From positions 4,352,001 to 4,416,000 of the forward strand of contig OZ250169.1 of NCBI GenBank assembly GCA_965237955.1: a stretch of DNA of 64,000 bases, written 5' to 3'. Shown here piece after piece: positions 44,846 through 55,835 of this stretch; position 1 is the stretch's first letter; each line of letters opens with the position of its first letter. Source of the DNA: Candidatus Marinacidobacterales bacterium. Lineage in GTDB: Bacteria > Acidobacteriota > Vicinamibacteria > Marinacidobacterales > SMYC01. A model generated the notes under the pieces. The model was not told where the DNA came from. It searched no databases and saw only the letters and a list, made by a program, of their open reading frames with translations. A program made the translations under genes and the position numbers.

Positions 44846-45838
44846 CTATCCGGTCGGCTCGGGCACGTCCTTGATGATCTCTTTGAGGATGTCGTCGGTG
44901 TCGACGTGCTCGGCTTCACCTTCGAAGTTGAGAAGGATACGGTGCCGAAGGGCGGGCATGACGACGTTGCGGATATCCTCGCACGCCACGTGGACCCGAT
45001 CGTTCAGGAGCGCTAGCATCTTGCCGCCGAGAACGAGCGCTTGGGTTCCGCGAGGGCTCGCCCCGAAGCGCGCGTACTTGTTCGTCAGAGCGTGCGCGTG
45101 GGTTGAGTTCGGGTGTGTTGCGAGCGTGAGCCGGATGGCGTAGTCCTGCACCGGCTTCGCGATCGGCACCGAGAGCACGGTCTCGCGCATCTGCATGACC
45201 TCGCCGTGCTCGAGCACGGCTTGTGCCTGCGCCTCGCCCACTTGCGTGGTGCGGTCCATGATCTGGTGCATCTCGTCGATGTTGGGGTATTCGATCTTGA
45301 GCTTGAACAGGAAACGATCCATCTGCGCTTCCGGAAGCGGGTAGGTACCTTCGAGCTCGATGGGGTTCTGTGTCGCCATGACGAAGAACGGCTCCTCGAG
45401 CTTGTGGGTGATGTTGCCGACGGAAACGCTCTTTTCCTGCATCGCCTCGAGCAACGCTGACTGCGATTTCGGCGTGGCGCGGTTGACCTCGTCGGCGAGC
45501 ATGAGGTTGCAAAAGATCGGTCCTTGCTGGAAGTCGAGGTATTTCTCGCCCGTCTCGGTCTCGCGGAGGACGTTGGTGCCGATGAGATCACCCGGCATGA
45601 GATCGGGAGTAAATTGGATACGGTTGAACTTCAAGTTCATCACGTCGGCGAGCGTCTGAACGATCAGGGTTTTCCCGAGTCCGGGGATACCTTCGAGCAG
45701 GACGTGCCCGCGGGTGAGCAAGCACGACAAGATGCTCCCGATGACCTCGCGGTTGCCGACGACGACGCGGCCCATCTCCTGCTGAACGGCTTCATATTGT
45801 TTGTGGAACTGGCCGATTTTTTTCTCGATCGCGATCAT
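44846..45838 (-). CDS. MoxR-family AAA+ ATPase
   Basis: EGIPGLGKT, RIQFTPDLMPGD, DEVNRA, ATQNPIELEGTYPLPEAQMDRF. Confidence 0.94.
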   Translation of the reverse strand: MIAIEKKIGQFHKQYEAVQQEMGRVVVGNREVIGSILSCLLTRGHVLLEGIPGLGKTLIVQTLADVMNLKFNRIQFTPDLMPGDLIGTNVLRETETGEKYLDFQQGPIFCNLMLADEVNRATPKSQSALLEAMQEKSVSVGNITHKLEEPFFVMATQNPIELEGTYPLPEAQMDRFLFKLKIEYPNIDEMHQIMDRTTQVGEAQAQAVLEHGEVMQMRETVLSVPIAKPVQDYAIRLTLATHPNSTHAHALTNKYARFGASPRGTQALVLGGKMLALLNDRVHVACEDIRNVVMPALRHRILLNFEGEAEHVDTDDILKEIIKDVPEPTG

Positions 45839-47406
45839 GGCTCTGAGGTCGACTCCGACGAATGGGTGAGAATGGACAAAAAGTAACGTTTCACTAGAGA
45901 CCGGTACTGCCACGGGACGCTGTCGCGCTCCATGGCACTTTCTTCCGCGTAGCTTCCAGGCGATTGGACATCCTCGTAGTTGAGCGTGGACTTCTCTTCC
46001 CGGGACAGGCGCTCGAATATTTCTTCGGGGACAGGCTCTGCTTGCTCATCGGGGCTCAGGACTTCCATCTCCAACTGTACATCGAGCGTCGTCGCTTCAC
46101 CGAGAACCTGATCCTCGCCCGGACCTCCCTGCCCGGCGGTATCGCCCGCGGGTCCGGCGTCCACGGGGACGGCACTCGAAGGGTCGCCCTGCATCTGAGC
46201 CCCGGCCTGGCTTTGCGCCTGACCCGGCGCTTGCTGCTGTTCACCCTGTTGCTGTTGCCCGGCCTGCTGTTGTCCGAGTGAAGCTTGGAGCTGCTGCATC
46301 TCCTGGCCCATCTCGTCCATATCCTGGCGGGCGGCCATTTGCTCGCCCAGGTTCTCCATCTGCTCGGCCATGGCTTCGAGGGCTTGTACCATCTGAGCAA
46401 GGTCTTCGGCCGTCAAATCACCGGCGGCTTGCTCGAGGTTCTCCATCATTTCGGCGAGCTCTTCGCTCTGTATGTTCGAGTTCTTGAGCGACTCGAGAAG
46501 TGCCTGGAGCTCTTCCGACGACTGCGCATCGGCGAGCCGCTCGGCGAGCTCTCGCAAAAGCTCCGCGGCTTCTTCGGTGTTCTGTGACTTCAGCGCTTCG
46601 GACAGCTCGGCCAGGGCCGGCACGGATTCCATTTGCGCTCCGAGCTCTTCGAGATCCATCTCGAGCCGCTCCATTTCCGCTTGGCTCGCCGCCAACGCTT
46701 CCTGCGCCTCGCTCAGCTCCTGCAAGGCTTCGGAGAGCTCGATGTCCCGCCGGCGCAACCGCTCCAACGCATCCGACAGCTCTTCGAGTTTTTCCTCTTC
46801 GGGTGCAAGAGCTCGAGCTTGATCGAGAAGCTCTTCGATGTGCTCGACTTGGCCCTGCTGCGATGCCGTGAACAACTCCGCTTGTTCGAGCTCCTGGAGC
46901 CATCCCGGGTTCCATGCGTAAAGCGAGACGAGCGCGACGCCGATGCCGCTCGCGTAGAAGAGAGGTCGGGGCACAACGGTGGGGGCCATGTCCGGGGGCG
47001 ACAACGCGTCGGCGGTGTCCGCGCTTCGCTCGATCTGGACGACCATCCACTCGGTGCGCTGATCCAACCCGAGGAACGCGAGCGCGCTCTTGAGGGCGTC
47101 CTTGAGACCTGCCACGGAGTCGGCCACTGCCGCAGAGCGAGCGAGGTTTCGCTCGCGCCTGGGCCACAGGATGACGCGCCACAGGATGACCCCGGCAACC
47201 ACAATAACGTACGCGACCAGGAGCACCGAGCGCGTGGTCGGGGAATCCCACCATCCGGCGAGCTTCAAGATGACGAGCAGGCCTACGAGCCCCCAGAGGC
47301 CGCGTGTCAAGAGCTCGAGCGCATCGTTTCCGCGCAGGCGCCGGTCCACCCGGCCCAGAAAGTCGACAATCCGCTTGCGGTTTACCGGGTCCTGGTCACT
47401 TCGCAT
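45835..47406 (-). CDS. Membrane-anchored coiled-coil protein coupled to MoxR
   Basis: Three TM segments, long E/Q/L heptads, Q/G-rich linker, C-terminal VPWQYRSLVKRYF. Confidence 0.75.
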   Translation of the reverse strand: MRSDQDPVNRKRIVDFLGRVDRRLRGNDALELLTRGLWGLVGLLVILKLAGWWDSPTTRSVLLVAYVIVVAGVILWRVILWPRRERNLARSAAVADSVAGLKDALKSALAFLGLDQRTEWMVVQIERSADTADALSPPDMAPTVVPRPLFYASGIGVALVSLYAWNPGWLQELEQAELFTASQQGQVEHIEELLDQARALAPEEEKLEELSDALERLRRRDIELSEALQELSEAQEALAASQAEMERLEMDLEELGAQMESVPALAELSEALKSQNTEEAAELLRELAERLADAQSSEELQALLESLKNSNIQSEELAEMMENLEQAAGDLTAEDLAQMVQALEAMAEQMENLGEQMAARQDMDEMGQEMQQLQASLGQQQAGQQQQGEQQQAPGQAQSQAGAQMQGDPSSAVPVDAGPAGDTAGQGGPGEDQVLGEATTLDVQLEMEVLSPDEQAEPVPEEIFERLSREEKSTLNYEDVQSPGSYAEESAMERDSVPWQYRSLVKRYFLSILTHSSESTSEP

Positions 47407-47484
47407 AAAAACAATTATTCAGCCGCCTGCATAATACACCATCCACTTGGGCTCCGCCGGGTGACCTGGTAATCTCTCCGGAGC

Positions 47485-48216
47485 ATGCGGCTGCCGCTCC
47501 TTGCTGTTCTGATTGCGATCCCTGGCTGCCGCTCCGATGGCAACGTGCCGTCGACGGCGCCACGGGCGACCACATCGATCGCGCAAGCACCAACCCAGAC
47601 GGTGCGGATCATGCCGCTCGGCGACTCGATCACCCAGGGCGATGCGGACCACAACACCTACCGGCTTCCGCTTTGGAAAAGTCTCGAAGCGGACGGCTAC
47701 GACGTCGATTTCGTCGGGAGCCTGCGAGCCCACCACCGAGGTCCGCCGCCACGCGACGACTTCGATCGAGATCACGAAGGACACTGGGGCTGGCGTGTCG
47801 ACGAGATCCTCGATCGTATCCGGGGCTGGGTCGAAGACAGCGAGCCTGACATCATTCTGATCCACCTCGGATCCAACGACGTGTTCCAGGGCGAAGACGT
47901 CGAGAGCACGCTCGACGAGCTCGGCGAGCTCATCGACGCTGTCCGCGAGTCGCGACCCGAGGCCACCTTTCTCCTCGCGCAGATCATCCCAACGACAATG
48001 GCTAACGCCAACGCTGGGATCCGAGAGCTCAACGCTCGCATCCCCGAGTTCGCCGCTTCGAAGTCAGAAGCGACATCGCGCGTCGTCGTCGTCGATCACT
48101 TCACCGGCTTCGACGCGACCCGACAAACCTACGACGGTGTCCACCCGAACGCAGACGGCGAGATCCACTTGTCTGATCGGTGGCTCGCGGCGCTAATAGA
48201 CGTGCTCGCACCGTGA
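47485..48216 (+). CDS. SGNH/GDSL hydrolase lipoprotein
   Basis: MPLGDSIT, HEGHWG, GSND, DGVHPN. Confidence 0.9.
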   Translation: MRLPLLAVLIAIPGCRSDGNVPSTAPRATTSIAQAPTQTVRIMPLGDSITQGDADHNTYRLPLWKSLEADGYDVDFVGSLRAHHRGPPPRDDFDRDHEGHWGWRVDEILDRIRGWVEDSEPDIILIHLGSNDVFQGEDVESTLDELGELIDAVRESRPEATFLLAQIIPTTMANANAGIRELNARIPEFAASKSEATSRVVVVDHFTGFDATRQTYDGVHPNADGEIHLSDRWLAALIDVLAP

Positions 48217-49271
48217 AAGCGGTTACGTTCCAAGGCACGCGGCGCGTTGCGGTGGAATCGGTTCCGGATCCCGCGATCGAAATGCCGAGCGACGTCGTCG
48301 TACGAACCCGTCTCACTGCAATTTGTGGATCGGATTTGCACGTCTACCTCGGCCGGGAGACGGGAAACGATCTGGGAACGCCCATGGGCCACGAATTCCT
48401 CGGTGAGGTCGTGGAGCTCGGCGCCAACGTCACGAAGTTGAAGCGCGGCGACGTCATCGTGTCGCCGTTCACGACGAATTGCGGCGCGTGTTTTTACTGC
48501 GAGCAAGGCCTGACGTGTCGGTGCACACGGGGGCAGCTCTATGGCTGGGTCGAAAACGGCGACGGACTTCCCGGCGCACAAGCGGAGTACGTTCGCGTTC
48601 CCCTCGCGGATGCGACCGCGTTCAAAATTCCGGAAGGTGTGCCGGACGGTGTGGATGCCGAGCCGGCATTGTTTCTCGGAGATATTCTCGCGACCGGCTT
48701 CTACTGCGCCGAGATGGCGGACGTCTCGCCCGGGGGCACCTACGCCGTGATCGGTTGTGGTCCCGTAGGCTTGCTCGCGATCGTCGGCGCCCGTGAGCTC
48801 GGGGCCGAGAAGGTGATCGCAGTCGACGTTTTGCCCGAGCGGCTCGCTCTCGCCGAAGCCTTCGGCGCAACGCCGGTCCATGCCAACGAGCAGGATGCTC
48901 GGGAAGTCTTGGACGACGCAACCGAAGGCCGTGGCGCGGATGGCGTCCTCGAGGTCGTCGGGAGTCCCGACGCGACCCGCCTCGCCGTCGATCTCGTCCG
49001 TCCCGGCGGCGTCGTGTCCGCGGTCGGCGTGCACACGGAGCCGAAATTCGCGTTCTCGCCCGGCGACGCCTATGACAAGAACCTCACCTACCGAGCCGGG
49101 CGGTGCCCCGCGCGACATTATATGGAGCGGCTCCTCCCTCTCGTCCAGAGCCGGAAATACGACCTCGGCGCCATCGTCTCCCACCGGCTCCCGCTCGCCG
49201 ACGGCGTCCGGGGCTACGAGCTTTTCGAGCAAAAACTGGAAAGCTGCACCAAGGTCATTTTGTCGCCCTGA
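48213..49271 (+). CDS. Zn-dependent alcohol dehydrogenase family
   Basis: ICGSDLH, GHEFLG, four-Cys structural Zn site, GCGPVG. Confidence 0.92.
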   Translation: MKAVTFQGTRRVAVESVPDPAIEMPSDVVVRTRLTAICGSDLHVYLGRETGNDLGTPMGHEFLGEVVELGANVTKLKRGDVIVSPFTTNCGACFYCEQGLTCRCTRGQLYGWVENGDGLPGAQAEYVRVPLADATAFKIPEGVPDGVDAEPALFLGDILATGFYCAEMADVSPGGTYAVIGCGPVGLLAIVGARELGAEKVIAVDVLPERLALAEAFGATPVHANEQDAREVLDDATEGRGADGVLEVVGSPDATRLAVDLVRPGGVVSAVGVHTEPKFAFSPGDAYDKNLTYRAGRCPARHYMERLLPLVQSRKYDLGAIVSHRLPLADGVRGYELFEQKLESCTKVILSP

Positions 49272-49349
49272 CGGCATCGCACATCCGCGCCGCTCTTGGT
49301 AGCATAGATCTATAGACCCGAAAACTCGGTACAAGCTGTACTGGCAGGG

Positions 49350-50436
49350 TGCCTTGGTGCACAACTCCGATAGAGGCCGAGAGCTCGCTTGGCCCCGACT
49401 CCCATCATCCGGTCATCTCGCTATCAGGCATCCCGAGCGCCGTCATGGTGTTGAGAATCTTGCACCCGATCCTTGCCTCGACTCTCTGTGCCGCCAACCC
49501 TCTCGCTCGCATCGCTGAGCCCACGATAGCCTTGTAGCGATGGAACGTTGTCTCGACTTTGCTCCGTTTGCTGTAGCCCGATTCTGTGTGCCACTTTCGT
49601 TTGCCGAGCCGAGCTTGTGCTGCAATGTTGCGATTGCGCTGTCGGCTGCTCGCCGGCCCCGATGCGAGCTGGGCGCCCTTGCGCGGCGGTATCAGCACCC
49701 TCGGCGAGCAATGAGCGCTGTGATTCTCGATTGCCTCATAGACGCCGCCGGCGTCGTATGCGGTGTCAGCTCTGGCCGATGAGATGGGACTGTCGATCTG
49801 TCCGACAAGCGATGCAACCCGCGATGAATCGCGGGCTCTTTTGCTCGTCAGCTCGCCGGCGACGACTTCGCCACTCTGCTCGTCGACACACAGATGGAGC
49901 TTGCGATAGTCCCTGCTCTTTGGTGCTCTGCGCAGCTGGCCGGCGTGGACAGCGAGACCGCTGCTGTCGATCAAGATGTGCAACGGCGTCTTCTGCTTGT
50001 CTTGGTAGAAGGGGACCTTACCCAGCTTCGCCTTGCGCCTCGAGATCGTGGTGTGATCGGGCACATCATTGTCTAGCTTCATCAGAGCGAACAACGATCG
50101 CAGCAATCCCTCGCTCTGCCTAGATGACAGATGAAACACCATGCCCAGGGTGACAGCCGTCTCGATGGCGTGGTTCGAGTACTTGCGTTGACGGCCCGGT
50201 TTCCTCCTCCTCGGCCGGGGCGCGTCCCAGTTCACAAGCTTGCCGGCGGTGAGCGAGATCCAGACGGTCAGGCTCCCACGGTTGCGTAGACCCGCCTCAT
50301 ATTCACGCCAATTCCTCACGCGATAGGCCTTCTTCACATACTTCCGCTGAGTGCGTTTGAAAATGCTCATGGGGAACCTCGAATCCGTGAGTAAAGGACA
50401 ATTGTGGACCGAGATCGCGAGTTGTGCACCAAGGCA
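49350..50436 (-). mobile_element. IS5-family (IS903-like) element, copy 2
   Basis: Same IRs, near-identical transposase at 49405..50370, no TSD. Confidence 0.93.
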
Positions 50437-50489
50437 GCGAGACAGTGCAATTCGCCGACGGCGATGCCGCCGTCACTTCAGATCCCGAT

Positions 50490-51332
50490 ATGAGCGCGCC
50501 TGATGGCGACCGCACTGACATCCACGTCATCATCGAGCCCGGAGGTCGCGCGCTCGAGGACGAGCTCGAGGATTTACTTCACTACCGCGATCTTCTCTAC
50601 TTTCTGGTGAGACGAGAGATCACCGTCCGGTACAAGCAAACGCTCCTCGGTGCTGCCTGGGCGGTGCTCCAGCCGCTCATGACCATGGTGGTGTTCAGCG
50701 TTTTCCTCGGGCGGCTCGCCGGGATTCCGAGCGACAACATTCCTTATCCGGTCTTCGCGTATCTCGGGCTTTTACCGTGGACGTACTTCTCGGGTACGGT
50801 GAGCCGATGCAGCGCCAGCATCGTTGCGAACCAGAGCCTCCTCGGCAAGGTCTACTTTCCGCGCGTCTTGATCCCGCTGAGCTCTACGCTCGCGGCTCTC
50901 GTGGATTTCGCCATCGCCGCGTGCGTTCTCGTCGGTCTCATGCTGTGGTTCGGGCTTCCTCCCGCCGCGAGCTGCCTTCTCTACGTGCCGTTAACCGCGC
51001 TCACGGCCACACTCGCGCTGGGTGTGGGGATGTGGCTCGCATCGCTCAACGTGCAGTTCCGCGATGTCCAGCAAGCGACGCCGTTCCTATTGCAGATCTG
51101 GATGTTCGCCACTCCGATCGTCTACCCGGGAAGCCTCGTGCCCGAACGCTATCGTTTCGTCTACGAGCTCAATCCCATGGCGGGCGTCATCGCCGCGTAC
51201 CGGGCGTCCGCACTCGGGACACCCATCAATTGGCAATCGCTCGGCGTTTCAGTGGTTGTGGCGATCGTGTTCCTTGCCACTGGTTGGTGGCAGTTTCGCA
51301 GAATGGACCGCCATTTTGCCGATATCGTGTGA
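50490..51332 (+). CDS. wzm: Polysaccharide ABC transporter permease (Wzm)
   Basis: RYKQTLLGAAW, KVYFPR, FRDVQ, ATPIVYP, LNPM. Confidence 0.9.
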   Translation: MSAPDGDRTDIHVIIEPGGRALEDELEDLLHYRDLLYFLVRREITVRYKQTLLGAAWAVLQPLMTMVVFSVFLGRLAGIPSDNIPYPVFAYLGLLPWTYFSGTVSRCSASIVANQSLLGKVYFPRVLIPLSSTLAALVDFAIAACVLVGLMLWFGLPPAASCLLYVPLTALTATLALGVGMWLASLNVQFRDVQQATPFLLQIWMFATPIVYPGSLVPERYRFVYELNPMAGVIAAYRASALGTPINWQSLGVSVVVAIVFLATGWWQFRRMDRHFADIV

Positions 51333-51335
51333 CTC

Positions 51336-52651
51336 GTGACCGAGCCTGTCATTCGTAGCCAGCACCTCTCGAAACGATACCGCGTGGGCGGTGCACCTCG
51401 CCGCCACGGCGACTTTCGCGAGGCCTTCGACAATTTGCTGAAGGCGCCTTGGCGGCGACTTCGCTCGATGCGAATCGAGCCGACGCAGGAAGACGAGACG
51501 TTCTGGGCGATCAAAGATTTGAGTTTCGAAGTCGCGCCTGGTGAGATTCTTGGCATCATCGGACCGAACGGCGCCGGGAAGAGTACGCTGCTCAAGATCC
51601 TGTCGAGGATTACATCGCCGACGGAGGGCCGAATCGAGCTTCGTGGAAGGGTGGCAAGCTTGCTCGAGGTCGGGACCGGATTTCATCCCGATTTGACCGG
51701 CCGCGACAACATCTACCTGAACGGCACGTTTCTCGGAATGCGAAAACGGGAAACCGATCGTAAGTTCGACGAGATTCTTGATTTCGCGGAAGTGGAGCGC
51801 TTCATCGATACGCCGGTGAAACGCTATTCGAGCGGGATGTACGTCCGACTTGCTTTCGCCGTAGCAGCTCACCTCGAGTCGGAGATTCTTCTCGTCGACG
51901 AGGTGCTCGCCGTCGGGGATGCGAACTTCCAACGCAAGTGCCTCGGCAAGCTCGACGATATTGCCCAGCTCGGACGCACCGTGCTGTTCGTCAGTCACAA
52001 CCTCGCAGCCGTACAGCGTCTCTGCAAGCGGGCGATCTTGCTACAAAACGGCCGTCTCGCCGACCAAGGTCCGGTGACAAACGTTGTCAGGGAGTACCTT
52101 CGAGCGTCGGCCGCGGACACGGACGTCGCACGGTTTCCACCGACACGCGGCAAGGCGCGGGATGGGCGCGCGTCGTGAACGTAAAGATGGTAGACGAGGA
52201 CGGACGCGCTGTCGGCTCTCGCCCATGCGACAAAGACCTCAATCTGGTCATCGACGTGGAGACGACGAACGCGATGGGAAGCCACACCCTCCGCGGCTTG
52301 GTCCTCGAGCTGATGTTTCTCTCGGAAGAGGGGCAACCGGTCACGAGTGTGATGAACGTGGACGACGGTGCCGCCGAGTTTCCGTCCGCCAAGCGCTGCC
52401 GGGTTCGGGTGCAAATCCCGAGTCCCACGTTCATGCCCGGCCGCTACCGGCTGAGGATCTTTCTAGGTATTCCGTTCCTGCAGCACGTCGACGATATCGA
52501 CAATGCGTTGAGCTTCGAGATCCTGCCCCCAGAAATGCCGTGGCGCCCCTACGAGCTGCACCCGAGCCGTGGAGTCGTGTGCCTCAAAGCCGAGTGGCAG
52601 TGCGAAACAGATCTTTCTACGACACGAAGTTCAACCCGCGTTTCCTCCTGA
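51336..52651 (+). CDS. wzt: Polysaccharide ABC transporter ATPase (Wzt) with a 1-nt frameshift near 52135
   Basis: GPNGAGKST, YSSGM, DEVLAVGD. The Wzt_C-like domain continues in the frame ending at 52651. Confidence 0.88.
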
Positions 52652-52674
52652 ACGTACGAGCTAGTTGTTAATGT

Positions 52675-53974
52675 GCCTCTCCTGCCATTTCAGTGGATCC
52701 TCTCGAGGGTGAGACCGCCACAGTTTAGGTAGACGAGACTGATGAGAGCTTCGGCAGAGTGGAGTCCAAAGCTGCGGTGGCTCAGCAGCCGGATTTTGTT
52801 GTTCATTCCTTCGAGTCGGCCGTTGCTGAGTCTCCACGTGACCCACGCGATGACGCCATCGAAGTGGCTGCGGATCATCTTCGCCGCGCGTTTGACGGGC
52901 TCTATCCTCGAGCTCATAGCGCGCCGCAGCCATCCTCGGAGAAACTTCTTGGCCCATGTCTCGGTTTTGTAGGTGTAGAGGTCCATGAAGTCGTCGCGCA
53001 GAAGCATGGCGCGGTAGAGGCGACGATTAGCTCGCACCTGCTCGCGGAGCACCCGTTTGTCTTTCGCGCTGCGGTTGTGTTTGGCCTTGAGAAGGGGAAA
53101 CTTGGTGTTCTTGAGGTTGCGCCGGGCAGTCCCTTTGAGCTCGCGCACCAGCTCGCGCCGGGTCTTATCCACGGCCTCGTTCAGATGCTTGACGATGTGG
53201 AAGCGGTCAAAGATCACCCGTGCCTGAGGAGCCTTTTTGCCGACGACAGTTATGTACGGCTCCCACATGTCCATGCTGACCGCTTCGAGCTCCGCGGCTC
53301 TTTGTGGTCCGAGCTTGCGGAAAAACCGCAGCAGCGTCTTGGCCTTGCGCTCCTTTCCCGCCCAGACGACCCGGCCGCTGAGATGGTCTATTACCACTGT
53401 TAAGTACTTGTGGCGTTTGCGGTAGCTGATCTCGTCCATCCCAATCACCCGCAATCCATCGAGCTCGCGCCGCTCATCCCGCTGCTCGGCAACCACTCGC
53501 TGGATGATCCGTCGCACCGAACGCCACGTCACTCGGAAATAGTTCGCTACGGCGCTGACGTCCGTCCTCTGTGCCAGCCACGCTACCTCTTGTTCGAAGC
53601 TTTTGGTAAAGCGGCTTCCCTTGTCTGCCCAAGGCACCTTTTCTCTGACCACTCCACACCGCCGACATACCACTCGTCGGATCGAGTAGCGAAGATAGGT
53701 CCGGACTCCGAACAGGTCCAAGTGCCACCAGTAGCGATTGTAGCGATCTTTGTTCTTGCGGACCTTTCGTCCGCAAATCCCGCACAGAGGCTTCCTCCTC
53801 CGTGGTACTACATCCACCACCACTCTGGCTTTGTCCGCCTGGAAGTAGAAACCTCGGACCCACAGGCCTTGCAATCCGATGAGCTTGTTGACTAACGTAG
53901 TAACGCGCATCGCGGGAACGCTCTTTTCTCTTTCGGAAAAAAAGATTCTAGCGTTCTCGCCGATGCGCATCTAC
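52675..53974 (-). mobile_element. ISL3 copy 2, lacking the left end and leader
   Basis: Right IR at 52675, transposase 52690..53970. Identity to copy 1 stops at 53974. Confidence 0.92.
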
Positions 53975-54483
53975 TGGGCGCAGTACAATCCCCGTCGACT
54001 TACCCGCTCATCGGGCAAAGGCGCCTTCTGCAAGTGCTAGCGGAAGCGGGAAGCCTCGCTCCGAATGCGGGAAAGACGCTCTACGTGTTTCGCCAGACGC
54101 CCGACGGGCGAAGCGCACGGCTCACCGTGCCCTTGAACGAGTTGCTTCTGCAGGGCGATCCCCGGTGGAACATCGCTCTGATCCCCGGTGACGTCGTGAG
54201 CGTTCCCCCGGAACAAGCCATCGCCGTTTCAGTGCTCGGCGCAGTCAACTCTCCGGGCGTCCACAAACTTCCCGTCGGTGACGAAGCGACGCTACTGAAA
54301 GCAATCGCTCTGGCGGGAGGCCTCAACGAGCGCGCCTCCAAAAAGGGGCTCCAGATCAAACGCCGCGTCCGCGACGGCGACACGGCCATCAAAGTGAACC
54401 TCGGCGACATCCTCTCGGGAAAAGTGCCGGACGTGATTCTCGTCGAAGGCGACGTCGTCGTGGTCAACGAGAGTTTCTTCTAA
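53975..54483 (+). pseudogene. Polysaccharide export (Wza-like) SLBB-domain protein, 5'-truncated
   Basis: PGDVVSVP, VSVLGAVNSPG, AIALAGG, GDVVVVNESFF. Confidence 0.78.
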
Positions 54484-54757
54484 GAGTTGTACGATGAGTA
54501 TCACTCGCATTAATCTCGCCCTCGTCCGCCGCCCGGTGAGCCCGGTGAGAATCAGCCGAGCGAGCCGTCTCGGCTTCCCGAAGCCAACTTGAGGCGGCTC
54601 CGGCACGCGTTCGCTTCCGAAGAGTACACCGACGATCTGCAACCGTACCTCGAGCGCGCGCTCGCACAAGCGCCTTCCTGCCTTCCTGACCGAAAACAGT
54701 ACCCAATTTCCTGGGGCTTGACGGCGAAGTAGCGGTTCCTCTACGCTCGTCGCATTC

Positions 54758-55810
54758 ATGACATCGTTACCCGACGGAAAGCTCCCCAATAAGCTGCTAA
54801 AGGAGCTGTTGTCGAGACTCTCGTTCGATGACGTCAGCATCAAGGTAGGCCCCGCTCCCGGTGAAGATGCTGCGGCGATCGATCGCGGCGACCACTACCT
54901 GCTGCTTGCCGCCGACCCGATCACGTTCCTGCCGAAACGTATCGGCTGGTACGCGGTTCAGGTCAACGCCAACGATATCGCAGCGATGGGTGGCAAGCCC
55001 CAGTATTTCCTGTCGACGATCTTGCTGCCCTCGGGCAAGGCAACGGACGAGATGGTGCGTGAGATCCTCACTGACATCGCGAGTGCGTGCCGCGAGATTG
55101 GTTGTCTCGCCGTAGGAGGCCACACCGAGGTCACCGGTGGCATCGACCGACCCATCGTGGCGGGCGCCATGGTCGGCGAAGTCGAGCGCGAACGGCTCAT
55201 CACCTCGAGCGGTGCTCGTCCCGGCGACATGTTGCTGCTAACGAAGGGCGTCGCGATCGAAGCGACCGCGATCCTGGCCGAAGAGCGCGCCGACGAGATC
55301 CGCGCGGAGTTCGGCGAGGCATTTCTCGACAAAGCGGCTCGCTTTCTCGACGATCCCGGTCTTTCTGTTGTCCCCGATGCGCGCGCGGCCGCAGATGCGG
55401 GCGGCGTCACCGCGATGCACGACGTCACCGAGGGCGGCGTGGCTACCGCCCTGTGGGAGATGGCGGATGCGTCGGGCGTCGGGCTCGTCGTCAGCGAGTC
55501 GGAGATACCGCGTTTTTGGGAGTCCTCCCAGCTTGCCGAGCGATTTCGATTCAATCTCTTGGGAGCGATCGGCTCGGGGGCGCTCGTTCTGACCGTCGGC
55601 GAGCCGGACACCGAGGGCGTTCTCGAAAGCCTCGAAGAGCAAGGTGTCGAGGCGTTCGTGATCGGGCGGGCCGTAGAACGAGACCACGGCGTGAAAATGC
55701 TCCGGGGGCAAGAGCGAGTAGAGCTCCCTCGTTTCGTCACCGACGAAATCTCGAGAGTTCTCCGCACCAATGAAGCCAATGCAGAACGCCACGAAAGTGA
55801 AGAACGTTGA
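54758..55810 (+). CDS. AIR synthase-family (HypE-like) protein
   Basis: GEDAA, DPIT, NDIAAMG, GGHTE, MHDVTEGG. Confidence 0.88.
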   Translation: MTSLPDGKLPNKLLKELLSRLSFDDVSIKVGPAPGEDAAAIDRGDHYLLLAADPITFLPKRIGWYAVQVNANDIAAMGGKPQYFLSTILLPSGKATDEMVREILTDIASACREIGCLAVGGHTEVTGGIDRPIVAGAMVGEVERERLITSSGARPGDMLLLTKGVAIEATAILAEERADEIRAEFGEAFLDKAARFLDDPGLSVVPDARAAADAGGVTAMHDVTEGGVATALWEMADASGVGLVVSESEIPRFWESSQLAERFRFNLLGAIGSGALVLTVGEPDTEGVLESLEEQGVEAFVIGRAVERDHGVKMLRGQERVELPRFVTDEISRVLRTNEANAERHESEER

Positions 55811-55835
55811 CGCCGGTATGACTGAGGTCATGTAG

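Noticed and set aside
49300-49349. Possible IS-end remnant (TATAGACCCGAAAACTCGG) next to IS5 copy 2
   Set aside because: No partner end or transposase fragment is visible.
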